This document shows positions 56,077-64,000 of a DNA stretch of 64,000 nucleotides, piece after piece. The DNA lies in IMG/VR virus record IMGVR_UViG_3300024303_000028, positions 44,613-108,612 of that record, one strand, 5' to 3'. The stretch is from a virus. Lineage: Duplodnaviria > Heunggongvirae > Uroviricota > Caudoviricetes. Numbering within the stretch: the stretch's first letter is position 1; every line of letters starts with the position of its first letter. Under the pieces are notes generated by a model, which did not search any database, was not told where the DNA came from, and was given only the letters and a program-made list of their open reading frames with translations. The translations under genes and the position numbers were made by a program.

Positions 56077-56730
56077 TTAGCACATAGTGATGAAACTCAA
56101 GAGGGTTTCATCACTGAATGTAAAGGTCGGTTCGCTAATGACAAAACGACCAGCAGCATCGGGGGCGAAATGGACGTTCGGATCGATCTTGATGATGGGG
56201 TTAAGGGGATGAGGTTTCTGAGGGTCCAGTCTCGTTGTACCGCCCCTGTATGTATATTTGAAATAGGACTTCATACCGCAGAAGGAACGTGTGACGGCGG
56301 ATTGACGAAGAACGTCGGCAATTTTCCACGACTCACCCTCATCCTGTACGGTGTTATGTCTTTCTGGGAACTGCAGAAGTTGCGAAATAGCAGGAAGTGA
56401 AGCGATGCATTGCGCCGCTTGAAGCTTCCCCTGTGTTTTCCTCAAATGCTTGGGGACCGACACCTTGATAACGAACGGCTGGAGCATATTGCGTTCTTCT
56501 TCTGAGAAGAGGCGCAACAAACCATCGTCCTTATTCAGCCACTTGTGAATCCGGCTTGTCAGGTAAAAATTGTCAGGGACGCCATAGTCAGAGAACGAAG
56601 AGTACGCAACGCTGTTTCTGGCAAGAAGAAACTCTTCGCTTACTTTCGTCCACGGGATAGGATCTTTGAAGTATCCATCCTTTCGGCCGAAAAGCACGAT
56701 CGAACCGACAGGGATATCGGCGAAACGCAT
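56077..56730 (-). CDS. hypothetical protein upstream of the retron-like unit
   Basis: 217 aa. Confidence 0.45.
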   Translation of the reverse strand: MRFADIPVGSIVLFGRKDGYFKDPIPWTKVSEEFLLARNSVAYSSFSDYGVPDNFYLTSRIHKWLNKDDGLLRLFSEEERNMLQPFVIKVSVPKHLRKTQGKLQAAQCIASLPAISQLLQFPERHNTVQDEGESWKIADVLRQSAVTRSFCGMKSYFKYTYRGGTTRLDPQKPHPLNPIIKIDPNVHFAPDAAGRFVISEPTFTFSDETLLSFITMC

Positions 56731-56754
56731 AGCCTTTCACTCCTTTCTGCTATA

Positions 56755-57429
56755 TTAAAGGGCGACGAGATCGAACTTGAAAGCGTCGAAGATGATCATC
56801 TTCTTCAGCTCCTCACCGCGGACGAAGTTGATGAAGTTTGCGACACCCATAGCGACGATGTTACGAATGGTGGGGCATACGGAAAGCTCCACGCCACAGG
56901 CGGAAACAGGCGTTTCGGCTTTTGCTTCCTCATGGGTGAAATCCATAGAGGCGATGAAGGATTTGACCATCTGCTGGTCAGACCAGTCGGCAGCATAATG
57001 CTGAGCGTCGGTCAGACGAGTTCGGAAGTCGAAGAAACCCTTGATGAATGAATTACCGACACAGGACTTCGCGATCTTCTGACGGAGCTCGATGGAGTCG
57101 ACACAGAGGAAGACATATCCCGCCAGGTTTTGATTGACATACCCCTTCGTCTGCACCCGCAGATCCTTCTTCACATCAGGGTTGATGCGGGCGAGGTGGT
57201 CGGCTAGTGCTTCAACCTTCGGGCGACCAATATCTTCATGGTCGAAAAGCTGGTTGGAAATGTTCTTGGACTCCACGACATCGAAGTCGTAGAGAGTCAT
57301 CTGAGTGATGCCAAAGCGTGCAAGGTTTTCAGCGACAACGGAACCAACAGAACCGCAACCGATGATGTGTACACGGCCCTTCACGTCGTTCGGGCTGAAC
57401 CAGCCGTGAAACTTGATCTGGTTGAACAT
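56755..57429 (-). CDS. ThiF/MoeB/HesA-family E1-like adenylyltransferase
   Basis: Rossmann loop HIIGCGSVGSVVAENLARFG; DIGRPKVEALADHLARINPDV matches the ThiF/MoeB signature; C-terminal Cys pair SACGVELSVC. Confidence 0.75.
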   Translation of the reverse strand: MFNQIKFHGWFSPNDVKGRVHIIGCGSVGSVVAENLARFGITQMTLYDFDVVESKNISNQLFDHEDIGRPKVEALADHLARINPDVKKDLRVQTKGYVNQNLAGYVFLCVDSIELRQKIAKSCVGNSFIKGFFDFRTRLTDAQHYAADWSDQQMVKSFIASMDFTHEEAKAETPVSACGVELSVCPTIRNIVAMGVANFINFVRGEELKKMIIFDAFKFDLVAL

Positions 57430-57443
57430 GTGATTGATCCTCC

Positions 57444-58304
57444 TTAATACTGATGGTATCCGCCGCCCCAGATGAAATCATCATAATCATCGACATCGTC
57501 GATATCAAAACCCTGATTGTTAACAGGATTCGCGTAAGACGGGCGCGTTTTGGTGGTATCCGCTTTGGTACGAGCTTTCTTAGGCGTCTGGGGCTGCTTC
57601 GTAGACGCCGTCTGAGTTTTGGCAGCAGCACCAGACTTTCCACCGACGGTAGTAGGCGTGGCGGGGGTGTACCTGCGGGTTGCGATCAGAGAATTTGCTT
57701 CCTCAATGAAAGTACGAATCTTGGACTGCGGGAAAATGATGTCCACATCTTCCTTTTCATAGAGGGTGTTGTTGTCTGCATCGTACACCTTGACGATGTA
57801 CTCACGACGCTTATTCAGAATCATGAAGATATAAAAACCTTCATCGTTCAGCTGCGCAACGATCTTGCCCTGATGCTCAAGGTCAGTACCAGACGGGGAA
57901 CACGCCATGTTGACATGACTATGAGCCTGGAACTTCAGCTTCGCGAAGTCCTCATCATTGATCGTCATCAGCCAGGCATCATAAGCCTCCTGGTCGGTTT
58001 CGACAGTTACACCAGTAACCGTCTGAGGATACACCAGAATCTTTTCGACCAGGAAATGATTGGGGGCGACTCTGCTGACCAGACCATGCCAGGCGACTTC
58101 GGTACTGAAGTAGTCGATCAGGGCGAACATTTTTTCACAGGCTTCTTCAGTGAACTCAACCTTCACACGCTCATCGTTGCGAAAGGAAAAGTCCTGACTG
58201 AATGCAAGCTTGCCATCGAGGATCTGCATGCCGGGCAACTTCTTCATGAGTTGCTCAGCAATCTGACCCAAAATCTGAGGAGTGACACGCATAGGCTTAG
58301 GCAT
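57444..58304 (-). CDS. JAMM/JAB (MPN+) metallopeptidase
   Basis: HSHVNMACSPSGTD = HxHx7Sx2D JAMM motif, upstream Glu (EVAWHG); low-complexity Thr/Lys/Pro tail ending FIWGGGYHQY. Confidence 0.75.
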   Translation of the reverse strand: MPKPMRVTPQILGQIAEQLMKKLPGMQILDGKLAFSQDFSFRNDERVKVEFTEEACEKMFALIDYFSTEVAWHGLVSRVAPNHFLVEKILVYPQTVTGVTVETDQEAYDAWLMTINDEDFAKLKFQAHSHVNMACSPSGTDLEHQGKIVAQLNDEGFYIFMILNKRREYIVKVYDADNNTLYEKEDVDIIFPQSKIRTFIEEANSLIATRRYTPATPTTVGGKSGAAAKTQTASTKQPQTPKKARTKADTTKTRPSYANPVNNQGFDIDDVDDYDDFIWGGGYHQY

Positions 58305-59742
58305 TATTCAACTCTCCCTTCAAATACAGCAGAGCGTCCTCCGGACTAACGAACCGCCCATCAAGCAGTTCGATACATTTCTTGCTGGTACAGAACAGTT
58401 CTTCGAGGAAGTGGGTCATCGTCGGGGATTCACCGACATTCAGAGACGCAGCACTGGTCTTACACTGCATCACAGCGCCGATCAGATCACCTGCCTGAAT
58501 TCGATCCTGAATCAGCTCAAGATGCTGACCGAAGCAGGCGAAGTGGTACAGGTGCGGATTCGGCATATAGTCCTTGTATTCCGGAGCGAAGCTATAACTA
58601 CTCACGGTACTGATGGTTCCACGGGTATCGAGGTTATAGTACGCGACGAAACGAACCTTCATAATGGGATCAGGTCCGAAGATTGCTTTCAGAAGCATCA
58701 TGCGATCTTCCTCATCATCGAAGAAATCGCTGACGGATACATCATCCCAATAGAAAGAATCTTCATTGTTGGCGATAGACTCAAACATATCGGGATCCCA
58801 GAATTCGATAGGAGTGGTGACGATGAAGGAAAAACCCTCAGCTTTAGCTTCCACGGGATTAAACCACGTCTGATGATTCAGGAATTCGATGAGTTCTTCA
58901 TCGTTGCCGCCGGCGTTCTTACGGAGGATGTACGCAGACAGATCGAGATTCCGCTGATCCAGCATGAGACACAGTTCGCGGTAGCTCGCCATCAAATCGG
59001 ACATCCTGCGCCGAATGTGGCTGATATCTTCGTTGAGCGCATTGATATGAACGTCAGCGACGCGCTTCATCAAACCGCCGCAAACGCTTTTGATCTGATA
59101 CCCACGGAAGTCGATATTCTTTTCGAGAACTCGAATGGCGTTCAGATACGCTTCCTCGGTTTCGCTGTTAAGGCCGCGGATGACCTCGAACTCTTCGGGG
59201 GTAACCGGCTTACCCTCAAAAAGCGCAGGCAGCAGGGGCGGGATCAGACACTGCAGAGCATGCCATGTACGCGTATCCATCGTGTTGAGGAAGATCAGCA
59301 CAGCACACTTCTCCTTGTTGCAGAAGATGCGACAGTGAGAGACCAGCTTCGTGCTTTCGATATGACTGCTCAGTTTTGCAACATACTCAAAGTTGGAATC
59401 CTTGAACTTGTCGCTCAGATTCTGCATCGTATTGTCAGCCCGTTCTCCAGCCTGGCGAAGATTGACAATCGCAATCTCGTGATCCGGGACATGGCCAATG
59501 ACTCGCGTCATCAGATGTTCGTCGTCAAGGTAATTACCCGAGGATTCGATATTCACGGCAGAATCATTTACCCACATGGAAAACGTCTCTCCTTCGGGCA
59601 AACGGTTGCCGAGAAACGCTCTCAGGGTTGCGGTGAAAGAATAGTCGCCGCGGAAGGTGCGGCCCGAAATACGATCAAAGATCGCGTTACCAGCGGGACT
59701 GGTGAACTGGGTGTCCTGCTGGGTGACGGAATACATAAACAT
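58297..59742 (-). CDS. large protein with C-terminal E2/UBC-like signature (tentative)
   Basis: C-terminal YSFAPEYKDYMPNPHLYHFACFGQ resembles UBC FxPEYPxxPP...HPN...C. N-terminal ~350 aa unassigned. Operon order (this gene, JAB, E1) matches E2-JAB-E1 systems. Confidence 0.4.
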   Translation of the reverse strand: MFMYSVTQQDTQFTSPAGNAIFDRISGRTFRGDYSFTATLRAFLGNRLPEGETFSMWVNDSAVNIESSGNYLDDEHLMTRVIGHVPDHEIAIVNLRQAGERADNTMQNLSDKFKDSNFEYVAKLSSHIESTKLVSHCRIFCNKEKCAVLIFLNTMDTRTWHALQCLIPPLLPALFEGKPVTPEEFEVIRGLNSETEEAYLNAIRVLEKNIDFRGYQIKSVCGGLMKRVADVHINALNEDISHIRRRMSDLMASYRELCLMLDQRNLDLSAYILRKNAGGNDEELIEFLNHQTWFNPVEAKAEGFSFIVTTPIEFWDPDMFESIANNEDSFYWDDVSVSDFFDDEEDRMMLLKAIFGPDPIMKVRFVAYYNLDTRGTISTVSSYSFAPEYKDYMPNPHLYHFACFGQHLELIQDRIQAGDLIGAVMQCKTSAASLNVGESPTMTHFLEELFCTSKKCIELLDGRFVSPEDALLYLKGELNNA

Positions 59743-59835
59743 TTAGAAACCTCCTCACGGCGATTTGTACATGAGACCCTAATCAAAGGAAAGGCCGGGA
59801 CTTAACGCCCCGGCCTTGATTTTCGATTATTCCGA

Positions 59836-60534
59836 TCAGGCTTCGGTGATAGCCGCAGCGACGGCAGCCTTCTCAGCCTTGACCTCCGCCAGAGCGGCGG
59901 CGAAACCAGCCTCGACCTTGCGCAGCTGCAGGATGGCGACGCCGACCTCTTCCTGAACCCACGCCTTCATATCGACGGTGCCCTCGGGAGCAGTCAGGGT
60001 CACAAGGGCATTGCCCTCAGCGGTAGTGACGCGGGAGAACATCACACCGTTCTGACCGACACAACCGCCCTTATCGCCGTCAGTCAGGATGCTGAAAACC
60101 GCATGCTTTTCGGCACCGGAACCTTCCATCAGGGACAGGACGGCAGGGCGATACTTCTTCAGGAGCTTGATATCCTCGAGCTTCTGAGAGGAAATGATGT
60201 GGGCGATGTTGCCGATGATCTGGATCTTGGCGACGGGAGTGTCGTTGGCGGCCACAACTTCGGCCTCGCAATCGGAGGCGTTGTCGGCCTTGGTGGTCAC
60301 CATGACGAAGCAGCGAGGACTGGTGATGCCCAGGTCATCCAGGGACTTATCGATCGCGCCGGTGGGCAGGGAGGAACCGTCGATGGAGACGACGCCGGTG
60401 GCGTAGTCCATGCCGGCCTCATTGAAGATCTCACGCACGGTAGCGCCGGAGGAAACGTTGACGGTCTTGCTGGTGACGTTGTTGCGGACGGTAACGGAAA
60501 CGATCTGAGACATATTTATTCTCCTTTTATTCAA
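59836..60534 (-). CDS. hypothetical protein with N-terminal beta-grasp-like (ubiquitin-like?) region
   Basis: First ~80 aa alternate beta/alpha like a beta-grasp fold, but no C-terminal Gly-Gly; Ala-rich helical C-terminus. Assignment weak. Confidence 0.3.
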   Translation of the reverse strand: MNKRRINMSQIVSVTVRNNVTSKTVNVSSGATVREIFNEAGMDYATGVVSIDGSSLPTGAIDKSLDDLGITSPRCFVMVTTKADNASDCEAEVVAANDTPVAKIQIIGNIAHIISSQKLEDIKLLKKYRPAVLSLMEGSGAEKHAVFSILTDGDKGGCVGQNGVMFSRVTTAEGNALVTLTAPEGTVDMKAWVQEEVGVAILQLRKVEAGFAAALAEVKAEKAAVAAAITEA

Positions 60535-60860
60535 ATGATTTTGTATTTCGGAACTTTACCACGATTTACCGTGGTGGGGAGGTTGGTCGAGTTCAGTGGG
60601 GGAACGCGAACGCTGCTTCATGCTCTTCTCTCCTTTTCGGTCGTGAAGCGTACACCTTCAAATTGTCCGGGAAGTGAAAACTCCCCGCCGCAGTTCGTTA
60701 CCCTTTTGGGCATCCACCCTGCACCTCGTGGCGGTTGCGGCTCTGCAGGGCTACGGCCGCCTACCCACAATGGCGGCACGCATCCGATCCTCTGTTTAAT
60801 TAACATTTTTGTTAATCGATCGGCATTAAAAAACCTCGGCGACCATGACCGAGGTGAGGG

Positions 60861-61226
60861 TTAGCTGAAAACGAAATCCAGATTCAATGGGATTGCTTTT
60901 TCCAGATGAAGCACAGCATCTTCGAGAGCGTAACGGCGCTCTTTTTGGGAAAATTCAGGCTTTCTTGTACCTCCCACAATGATATCTCGATAGCCATTGT
61001 GACCGATCCAGCAATCGATCATACACCAATCGCAGTTACCAACGCAGTCATCTACAGATACTTTTGTTGGATTTATCCCGGCCGAAGTACGAATGCCTGC
61101 TTCTTCAAAAGCACGGAATACGTCAGCCGCATATGCCTTCTGAAAAAGCAGGGTAGAAACATGCTTATACTGATCCCCGTCAGGAATCGGCAATGTCGGG
61201 AACAGAAGGTTGAAATCAAGTTGCAC
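60861..61226 (-). CDS. PLDL-motif family small protein (paralog 6)
   Basis: C-terminal AIPLNLDFVFS. Confidence 0.5.
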   Translation of the reverse strand: MQLDFNLLFPTLPIPDGDQYKHVSTLLFQKAYAADVFRAFEEAGIRTSAGINPTKVSVDDCVGNCDWCMIDCWIGHNGYRDIIVGGTRKPEFSQKERRYALEDAVLHLEKAIPLNLDFVFS

Positions 61227-61369
61227 CTTAGAACCTCCTTAGCATAGGAAACAATCCACCGGAATCAGCTGACGCTCTTCAGCAGATAAAACAGGCATTT
61301 CAAACGCAATGGACGAGAAACGTTTCTTGAGCCAGGACTTTACAAGAGCGAGCATACGAACCTCCTTAA

Positions 61370-61732
61370 TTACCGCCGAAATTTGATCTTAGCAACGTCA
61401 TAGGCTTCAGGTACATTCGGAACAGGTGTGGGGCAGCGAATACAAAGAAACTGATCTGAATTAAAATATTTATCATATTCAGGATCTTTTTTGAATTCAT
61501 CAAACAATTCCTTCAGTACTATCAAAGATTCCTGAATGCACTGAACAGAAATATCCTGCTTAATCCCATCAGTAACCGCGTATATGTGCCTACCCTCACG
61601 AATAATACTGATTCGTTTCATTGATCTCACTCCAAAATATTTATTTAGCTCATTGAGGCGTATGCAATTTTCAAATGCAATCTTCGCAGGTGCAGTCATC
61701 GTATTCGACAACCCAAATCCAGTCATCACCAT
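61370..61732 (-). CDS. hypothetical protein
   Basis: 120 aa. Confidence 0.4.
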   Translation of the reverse strand: MVMTGFGLSNTMTAPAKIAFENCIRLNELNKYFGVRSMKRISIIREGRHIYAVTDGIKQDISVQCIQESLIVLKELFDEFKKDPEYDKYFNSDQFLCIRCPTPVPNVPEAYDVAKIKFRR

Positions 61733-61907
61733 AGTTGTTGAATGGATTCAGGAGCCAAATCCCGTGTGAGTCTTCATCGAACACGAGCAAGCCGTAACGA
61801 TGACGAGCAATCTGCCATGCGGCTTTAGGGAACGCGCTGTAGGCAACGGTAGCCGCAGCTGACAGAATCAGATAGGCGATCAGGACAGTGCCTAAAAACT
61901 TACGCAT
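61671..61907 (-). CDS. small secreted/membrane protein
   Basis: Signal-peptide-like MRKFLGTVLIAYLILSAAATVA. Confidence 0.4.
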   Translation of the reverse strand: MRKFLGTVLIAYLILSAAATVAYSAFPKAAWQIARHRYGLLVFDEDSHGIWLLNPFNNYGDDWIWVVEYDDCTCEDCI

Positions 61908-62050
61908 CGCATTACCTCCAAAGAGAATTGCCCTGTACTGGAATCGAACCAGCTTTAGAAATTCCGCTTACCGCGACAATTACTAAACCACTCAGGGCAT
62001 AAAAAGACGCCCGGCACAAACTGGGCGTCTTAGGCGATTCGTTTTTACTT

Positions 62051-62431
62051 TCAGGACTTCGGGACGAAAACATTCGGGACAGTACAATCAATACAAACAT
62101 CGCCATTTTCCAGCGAATCGATGCCCACGGAAGAGCAGTATGAAAGCACCTTACAGAACCTCTGCACATCCTCACCATGTGTATCGAATACCAAAAAGTG
62201 TGCGGTGATTCCGCCGTTAATTTCAGCGGGTCTCAAATTCACTTTCTGAACCTCGCCGTCCAGCGCCTTCGCTTTTGCAAGGAAGTAATTCAGGAGTTCA
62301 ATCAGCCTATCCATCTGGGGCTGATTGATTACATAATCCGAATCCTTGCGCAAAGACAAAACATGTTGGTAAATCTTACCCAACCTGGCGACATATTCTT
62401 CATCCGTCATATGACGATTTACTTCAGGCAT
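62051..62431 (-). CDS. hypothetical protein
   Basis: 126 aa. Confidence 0.4.
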   Translation of the reverse strand: MPEVNRHMTDEEYVARLGKIYQHVLSLRKDSDYVINQPQMDRLIELLNYFLAKAKALDGEVQKVNLRPAEINGGITAHFLVFDTHGEDVQRFCKVLSYCSSVGIDSLENGDVCIDCTVPNVFVPKS

Positions 62432-62448
62432 AAACCCTCCTTAAGCCA

Positions 62449-62835
62449 TTAGGAAACATTTGTTGGGATAACCTCGCCGAGTTCCTTTAGGATCTTTCTG
62501 GCGCTCGCATAGCAGAACGTCGGGTTATCCTTTTTGTGCGCAGCTTTATATGCGTACACCTCTTTTAGCGTAGAGGCGAAAACCTGCTTATCGACAGTCT
62601 CACCATTACGAGCCATAAAACTCAAACGATCTTTTACTTCTGGAATTGCTAAGCATTCGCTCATGGCGTAACGATGCTTACCGCAATACAGATACATAAA
62701 ATTCAAATTGACAGATGCGCTCGCTTCGCTCATGGTATCATCTCCCTTCGCGGGAATATTATACCATAAGCGATACAAGAATTGCAACGGCTTACGCAGG
62801 CATTCGACCTTTAGAGATGGAACTTTCCTGGTCAT
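62449..62835 (-). CDS. hypothetical protein
   Basis: 128 aa. Confidence 0.4.
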   Translation of the reverse strand: MTRKVPSLKVECLRKPLQFLYRLWYNIPAKGDDTMSEASASVNLNFMYLYCGKHRYAMSECLAIPEVKDRLSFMARNGETVDKQVFASTLKEVYAYKAAHKKDNPTFCYASARKILKELGEVIPTNVS

Positions 62836-63143
62836 ACGACGATGGTAATTCGTACAGGACGAACCGGATCAACGGAACGCGGAGCAGAAGCCGCTTCAGC
62901 TGCGCGAGCCTTAGCGATCCGTTCCTCATTCAAAAACCTCAGGACATCGAGTTTTTCTCGATGCGCCGCATTGATTTCACAGCGCTCACAGTCGATGCGG
63001 TAACCGCGCTCACAGCAAATCTGGCACGAGCGGCGAAAACTTTTGATGGCCTGGAACTGATTCATCGCAGATTCCTGCCATTCCGCGCCAATGCGCTCAA
63101 AGTTCGTCATGCAGAGAAACCCTCCATCAGTTCGACTTTGCAA
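62832..63143 (-). CDS. hypothetical zinc-finger protein
   Basis: CQICCERGYRIDCERCE. Confidence 0.4.
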   Translation of the reverse strand: MQSRTDGGFLCMTNFERIGAEWQESAMNQFQAIKSFRRSCQICCERGYRIDCERCEINAAHREKLDVLRFLNEERIAKARAAEAASAPRSVDPVRPVRITIVV

Positions 63144-63370
63144 ACCTCAGCGGTAACAACGTGGTAGGGCTTAAAGAATTCGGCCCTTTCAGGAGCGTCA
63201 GCAGAAAGCTCCATAAAGTGCTTTCGGTACGCATAAGCATCGCGCTCGTTCGTAAAAACCTTCAGAATCGAAACGCAACTCAGGAACCCGTTCTCCAGAC
63301 GGCCTGTGCCCATAACGGCATAAACCTTACTCGGACCACTTTTGTGCTCCATCATCATTCCTCCATTCAA
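63107..63370 (-). CDS. hypothetical protein
   Basis: 87 aa. Confidence 0.4.
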   Translation of the reverse strand: MNGGMMMEHKSGPSKVYAVMGTGRLENGFLSCVSILKVFTNERDAYAYRKHFMELSADAPERAEFFKPYHVVTAEVCKVELMEGFSA

Positions 63371-63515
63371 AACCTTCGGGGCTTATGCCCACACGAAAAG
63401 GTATGACGCGCTTCAGTACAGCTTGCACCTCCTTTCTGCGCGCCATACCCTTGGTGTGTAGGCACACACCTGGCTTTAAGTCGTCATCACCTCCGGATTT
63501 CAAACTTGGATCGGC

Positions 63516-63878
63516 TTACGCCGCAGAGTTTTCTTCAGTTGCCACAGGCTCCAGAACCACAGGTTCTTCAGCTGCAAGCTTTTCGGACTTCACAGGCTTA
63601 CGGGCGGGCTGGGCATCGGTGTCGGAAGTGGCATCCTTACGGGGCTTAAACTGCAGCTGGTAGGGCTTGCCGGTGACGATCATATGAACAGCCTCGAACA
63701 CATAGTCACAAACCTTGGTACCCTTCAGAACCTTGATGGAGCCAAGGCCCTTACCATGGGACGTGAAACAGTTGACGAGGAAGGCAACGTCCTTGCCGTT
63801 AGCCTTCACCTTGTTGCCATCCTTCCCATCGTCAACCCAAACGAGGGCGTCGATGATGGGCTGGAGCAGCTTCAGCAA
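63516..63878 (-). CDS. hypothetical protein
   Basis: 120 aa. Confidence 0.4.
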   Translation of the reverse strand: MLKLLQPIIDALVWVDDGKDGNKVKANGKDVAFLVNCFTSHGKGLGSIKVLKGTKVCDYVFEAVHMIVTGKPYQLQFKPRKDATSDTDAQPARKPVKSEKLAAEEPVVLEPVATEENSAA

Positions 63879-64000
63879 CTGCGAGTTGGAGGTGGGGGTA
63901 GCGCCGGCCTTTTCCTTCTGCGCGGCTTCACGGATGGGATAGGTCTTCAGAAGTTCAGTGAGGGCTTCAGGGGAACCGCCCAGCTCCTTCTGAGCACGGT

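Noticed and set aside
58282-59805. 507-aa plus-strand ORF antisense to the 481-aa minus-strand gene (and similar antisense ORFs 57453-58349, 60103-60864, 21183-21512, 22830-23409)
   Set aside because: Long antisense ORFs with Ile/Arg/Glu-rich or Gly-rich low-complexity translations. The minus-strand partners have recognisable motifs (UBC-like, JAMM, etc.) and operon context.
59836-60534. Calling the 232-aa protein a bona fide ubiquitin-like modifier
   Set aside because: The N-terminal beta-grasp-like pattern is suggestive, but there is no C-terminal Gly-Gly and the protein continues for 150 aa. Kept only as a weak possibility.
1-64000. CRISPR arrays
   Set aside because: No regularly spaced direct repeats of 24-40 nt with unique spacers were seen. 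The only tandem repeats are the DGR AAC-codon run and the GTCCCCA arm sites.

Overview
This window reads as a large temperate phage or prophage from a Gram-positive, probably anaerobic Firmicutes-like host. The host call rests on the CHAP-SH3-LysM endolysin, the anaerobic NrdDG reductase and the integrase type. Host boundaries are not visible. Plus-strand block (1-10.8 kb): a 1124-aa tail-fibre gene whose C-terminal variable region is diversified by a complete diversity-generating retroelement (VR, avd-like gene, TR, reverse transcriptase). It is followed by a holin/endolysin lysis cassette and a tyrosine integrase. attP-like region (10.85-11.4 kb): nine GTCCCCA arm-type repeats with 11-bp phasing flank an inverted-repeat core, bounded by two terminators. 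Minus-strand block (11.4-53.5 kb): nucleotide-metabolism genes (HD hydrolase, dUTPase, HAD hydrolase, NrdD/NrdG, dNMP-kinase-like, ThyX-like, C5-methyltransferase-like). A replication/recombination module follows (DnaE-type Pol III alpha, primase, DnaB helicase, Cas4-like nuclease, SSB, ERF). Accessory genes follow (SPFH protein, MazF-like toxin, macro-domain protein, NifS/IscS-type cysteine desulfurase). Then comes an array of 11 minus-strand tRNA genes (Gly, 3x Leu, Ala, Ile-like UAU, 2x Thr, Ser, Gln, Pro). The tRNAs are interleaved with an HNH endonuclease and a paralogous small-protein family sharing a C-terminal P-L-[DN]-L-x-x-[IL]-[FY] motif. Right end (53.5-60.5 kb): a retron-type reverse transcriptase with an HPr-like neighbour and a candidate upstream ncRNA. 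Adjacent is an operon with a JAMM/JAB peptidase, a ThiF/MoeB (E1-like) enzyme and a large protein with an E2/UBC-like C-terminal signature, forming a candidate ubiquitin-like conjugation or sulfur-carrier module. All assignments come from motif reading of the supplied translations and the raw sequence; no database search was possible. CDS coordinates follow the ORF track; hand-derived RNA and repeat coordinates may be off by 1-2 nt.
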